From an uncultured Gemmatimonadales bacterium (lineage in GTDB: Bacteria; Gemmatimonadota; Gemmatimonadetes; Palauibacterales; Palauibacteraceae): a DNA stretch of 64,000 nt. The notes under the pieces were generated by a model, which was given only the letters and a program-made list of their open reading frames with translations, was not told the origin of the DNA and made no database searches. This document shows positions 61,551 through 64,000 of this stretch, piece after piece. How positions within the stretch are numbered: the first letter of the stretch is position 1; every line of letters starts with the position of its first letter. A program made the position numbers and the translations under genes. The stretch lies in NCBI GenBank assembly GCA_963783385.1, contig CAWANJ010000002.1:160001-224000 (forward strand). Reading direction: 5' to 3'.

Positions 61551-62174
61551 TCAGCCGACCCACAGCTGCTTCACCCCGGAGACCACCATCTGGACGCCGA
61601 CCGCCATCACCAGGAGGCCCAGGATCCGCGTGGCCAGGCGGAGCCCGAAGTCGCCCAGGATCCGGTGCCACGCCCGGGCGAAGAACAGCGTGATGAACAC
61701 GAGGACGCTGACCGCGAGAACGGCGACCAGGGTGGGTCCGAGCCCCGCCTCGGGGCCCGCGGCCAGCGTGATCGTGGTGGTGATCGCCCCGGGGCCGGCG
61801 ATGAGCGGGATCGACAGGGGCACGTAGATGCCGAACTCGGCCTGCTCCTGGGAGGCGGCCACCTGCTGGTCGCCCGAGGAGAACTGCGCTCCGGGCCGCT
61901 CGCCCTGCACCATGGAGAAGGCCATGGCGGTGACGATGAGCCCGCCCGCCGCCCGCAGACCCGCCACACTCACCCCGAACGCGTCCAGGATGCGGGTGCC
62001 GAGCAGCGCGCACAGGGCCAGCGTGATCCCGACCGCCATCGCCGAGCGCCACGCGTCGGACCGGTGCGCCTTCGCGTCCTTCGGCGAGCGCAGCGCCAGG
62101 TAGACGGGAAGGGCGCCGAGCGGGTTGGCGATGGCCACCAGGGTGGCGATCGCGCCGAGGGTCCCGCCGATCAC
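61551..62174 (-). CDS. marC: MarC-family membrane protein
   Basis: ANPLGALPVYL, PLSIPLIAGPGAITT, TRILGLLVMAVGVQM. Confidence 0.9.
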   Translation of the reverse strand: MIGGTLGAIATLVAIANPLGALPVYLALRSPKDAKAHRSDAWRSAMAVGITLALCALLGTRILDAFGVSVAGLRAAGGLIVTAMAFSMVQGERPGAQFSSGDQQVAASQEQAEFGIYVPLSIPLIAGPGAITTTITLAAGPEAGLGPTLVAVLAVSVLVFITLFFARAWHRILGDFGLRLATRILGLLVMAVGVQMVVSGVKQLWVG

Positions 62175-62818
62175 GCGGCCGCCCCGCGCCCGGCTTCCCG
62201 CCGGATCTCCGTCGCCGGCTCCCGCGACCAGTCGGGCTCGGGCTTCCGGCCGCGGCCCAGGGCCAGGAAGTTGGCCAGGATCCGGTGTCCCGAGTCGGTG
62301 AGCACGGCCTCGGGGTGGAACTGGACGCCCCACACGGGCAGGTCCCGGTGGCGGAGCGCCATGATCTCGCCCTCCTCCGTCCACGCCGTGACCTCCAGCT
62401 CCGGCGGGAGGGTGGCGCGCTCGACCACCAGGGAGTGGTAGCGGGTGGCGGAGAACGGGTCGGACAGGCCCGTGAACAGGCCGCGGCCGCCGTGGCGTAT
62501 CGCCGAGAGCTTCCCGTGCATGGGCCGCCGGGCCCGTACGACCGTTCCCCCGTAGGTGGCCCCGATGCACTGGTGCCCGAGGCATACGCCGAGGACCGCG
62601 ACCTCCGGGGCCAGGGCTTCGACGAGCTCGCACGACGCGCCCGCCTCGGCCGGCGTGCACGGCCCGGGCGAGACCACCAGGTGGCTGGGCGCCAGCGACC
62701 TTGCCTCGGCGACGTCGACCGCGTCGTTCCGGCGCACCACGACCTCCTCGCCCAGCTCCCTCAGGTAGCGGGCCAGGTTGTGCACGAAGGAGTCGTAGTT
62801 GTCCACGAGGAGGATCAC
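62171..62818 (-). CDS. pabA: Aminodeoxychorismate/anthranilate synthase component II
   Basis: DNYDSFVHNL, SPGPCTP, GVCLGHQ, RYHSL, QFHPE; PabA vs TrpG cannot be resolved from sequence alone. Confidence 0.85.
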   Translation of the reverse strand: MILLVDNYDSFVHNLARYLRELGEEVVVRRNDAVDVAEARSLAPSHLVVSPGPCTPAEAGASCELVEALAPEVAVLGVCLGHQCIGATYGGTVVRARRPMHGKLSAIRHGGRGLFTGLSDPFSATRYHSLVVERATLPPELEVTAWTEEGEIMALRHRDLPVWGVQFHPEAVLTDSGHRILANFLALGRGRKPEPDWSREPATEIRREAGRGAAA

Positions 62819-62872
62819 GCCGACAGCATAGTGGACCTCCGGCGCCTCTGCGACCGTCCGCGGCGGTGGCGG

Positions 62873-63373
62873 TCAGGCCCGCGGGCGCACCCGGCAGCGG
62901 CCCGTGAGCCCCGGGGACTCCTCGACCTCCACCACGATCTCGCTCGGGGCGCCGCCCGCAGTCTCGCCGAGGCGCTCCAGCAGCGCCTCCGCCAGGTGGG
63001 AGGCGAGCAGCTCGGCGCTCGTGTTGGCGATCGGGAGGACCACGACGTCCTCCAGGGGGAAGCTCATGCGCCGCTCCGGCGTCGTCACCGACACCGTGTC
63101 GCCCTCCTCGGCGAGTCGCAGGTGCGCGCTGCGTCCCGCCAGGAGCGTGCGGTGGTCGAGGGGCGCGAGCAGGGCCTCGATGGCGTCGCGCAGCACCAGG
63201 AAGTCGAGCACGAGGCCGTGCTCGTCGAGCTCGCCGCGGACGGTGACGGCGACCCGGTAGTTGTGGCCGTGGAGCGCCTCGCACTGCCCCCCGCCGTAGG
63301 TCAGGAAGTGGGCGGCGGCGAAGGCGTGGCGATCCCCGCGGACGGTGATCTCGAAGGATTCGCGTGGCTCCAT
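62873..63373 (-). CDS. 6-pyruvoyl-tetrahydropterin synthase/QueD family (COG0720)
   Basis: FAAAHFL...CEALHGHNY...VLDF...LDH...NTSAELLA...VEESPG. Confidence 0.88.
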   Translation of the reverse strand: MEPRESFEITVRGDRHAFAAAHFLTYGGGQCEALHGHNYRVAVTVRGELDEHGLVLDFLVLRDAIEALLAPLDHRTLLAGRSAHLRLAEEGDTVSVTTPERRMSFPLEDVVVLPIANTSAELLASHLAEALLERLGETAGGAPSEIVVEVEESPGLTGRCRVRPRA

Positions 63374-63617
63374 GAAACGTCGATCTCCGCGGCTCGGGGC
63401 GTCGGTCTCGGGTGACGGTGGACGATAGGGGAGCCGGACGAGACGGGCCAGCCGTTTCGCTCTTGCCACTCACGGCCCGGCAGCAGAAGCTGGGGGTGCG
63501 CCGGAGTTTGAAACGCGGGCGGCTCCCCGGCGTACTGTCTAGCGATGAGTCCACCTTGTCGGCACGGAGGCGACGATCGGCGGCAGCGGGCGGGTCGAGC
63601 ACGACCAGGGACGACAG

Positions 63618-64000
63618 GTGGCGAAGCGCGAGGCGCTGGCCCGGGTCCTGCGCTCGCTGGGAAGCGTCCTGGTCGCCTGCAGCGGCGGCGTCGACTCGGT
63701 GTTCCTGGCCCACGAGGCGGCACGCGTCCTGGGGCCGGCCCGAGCGCTGGCGGTCACGGGCATCAGTCCCTCCGTGGCCACGGATCAGCGCGACACGGCC
63801 GCCAGCGTGGCCCGACGCTTCGGCATTCCGTGGCGACGGCTGTGGACGCGGGAGATGGAGGATCCGCGCTACGTGGCCAACGATGGCCAGCGATGTTACC
63901 ACTGCAAGACCGAGCTGTATGGCCGCCTCGCGCGGCTCGCCCCGATCTGGGGCTACGCGGCCGTGGTGGACGGGGCCAACGCCGACGATGCCGACGACTA
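63618..64000 (+). CDS. larE: LarE-like ATP-dependent sacrificial sulfur transferase (3' end runs off the window; true start may be 63545)
   Basis: Manual translation: VAKREALARVLRSLGSVLVACSGGVDS...ALAVTGISPS...YVANDGQRCYHCKTELY...VVDGANADD. Confidence 0.85.
   Translation, partial: MAKREALARVLRSLGSVLVACSGGVDSVFLAHEAARVLGPARALAVTGISPSVATDQRDTAASVARRFGIPWRRLWTREMEDPRYVANDGQRCYHCKTELYGRLARLAPIWGYAAVVDGANADDADD

Noticed and set aside
61551-63902. 783-aa ORF ending in MarC
   Set aside because: Only the last ~207 codons are MarC. The upstream part overlaps pabA and the PTPS gene in other frames.

Overview
Very GC-rich (visually >70%) bacterial chromosomal segment made mostly of core genes. Gene content and order suggest Gemmatimonadota (inference). 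From left to right: a truncated PilT-family ATPase, a PQQ sugar dehydrogenase and a BlaI/M56-TonB sensor pair with palindromic operators; an osmotic-stress block (two mscS, ftsH, otsB/otsA); prs-rplY-pth-hppA-rpsF-rpsR-rplI with an S6:S18-type leader; DAK2-DegV, rsfS, two SPOR proteins and smc; aroF, yraN, SRP RNA, dnaX-ybaB-recR, pgsA-cinA-grpE-dnaJ; mnmA and a cysteine desulfurase; a creatininase-like/Yip1/MacAB-type exporter/bshB1 block; bcp, comM, cls and tricorn protease; and a PTPS(QueD)-pabA-marC-aryl-CoA ligase-hydrolase cluster divergent from larE. I saw no mobile elements, tRNA/rRNA genes or CRISPR arrays. Four apparent single-base duplications (two clear frameshifts, the SRP loop and the larE start) suggest systematic assembly errors. 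Best novelty candidates: the pterin/aminobenzoate/aryl-CoA/LarE locus, the SPOR-SPOR-smc coupling, the BlaI-M56-TonB unit with a divergent Cu-SOD-like lipoprotein, and the degenerate creatininase exporter operon. All calls come from manual motif recognition; no database searches were run.
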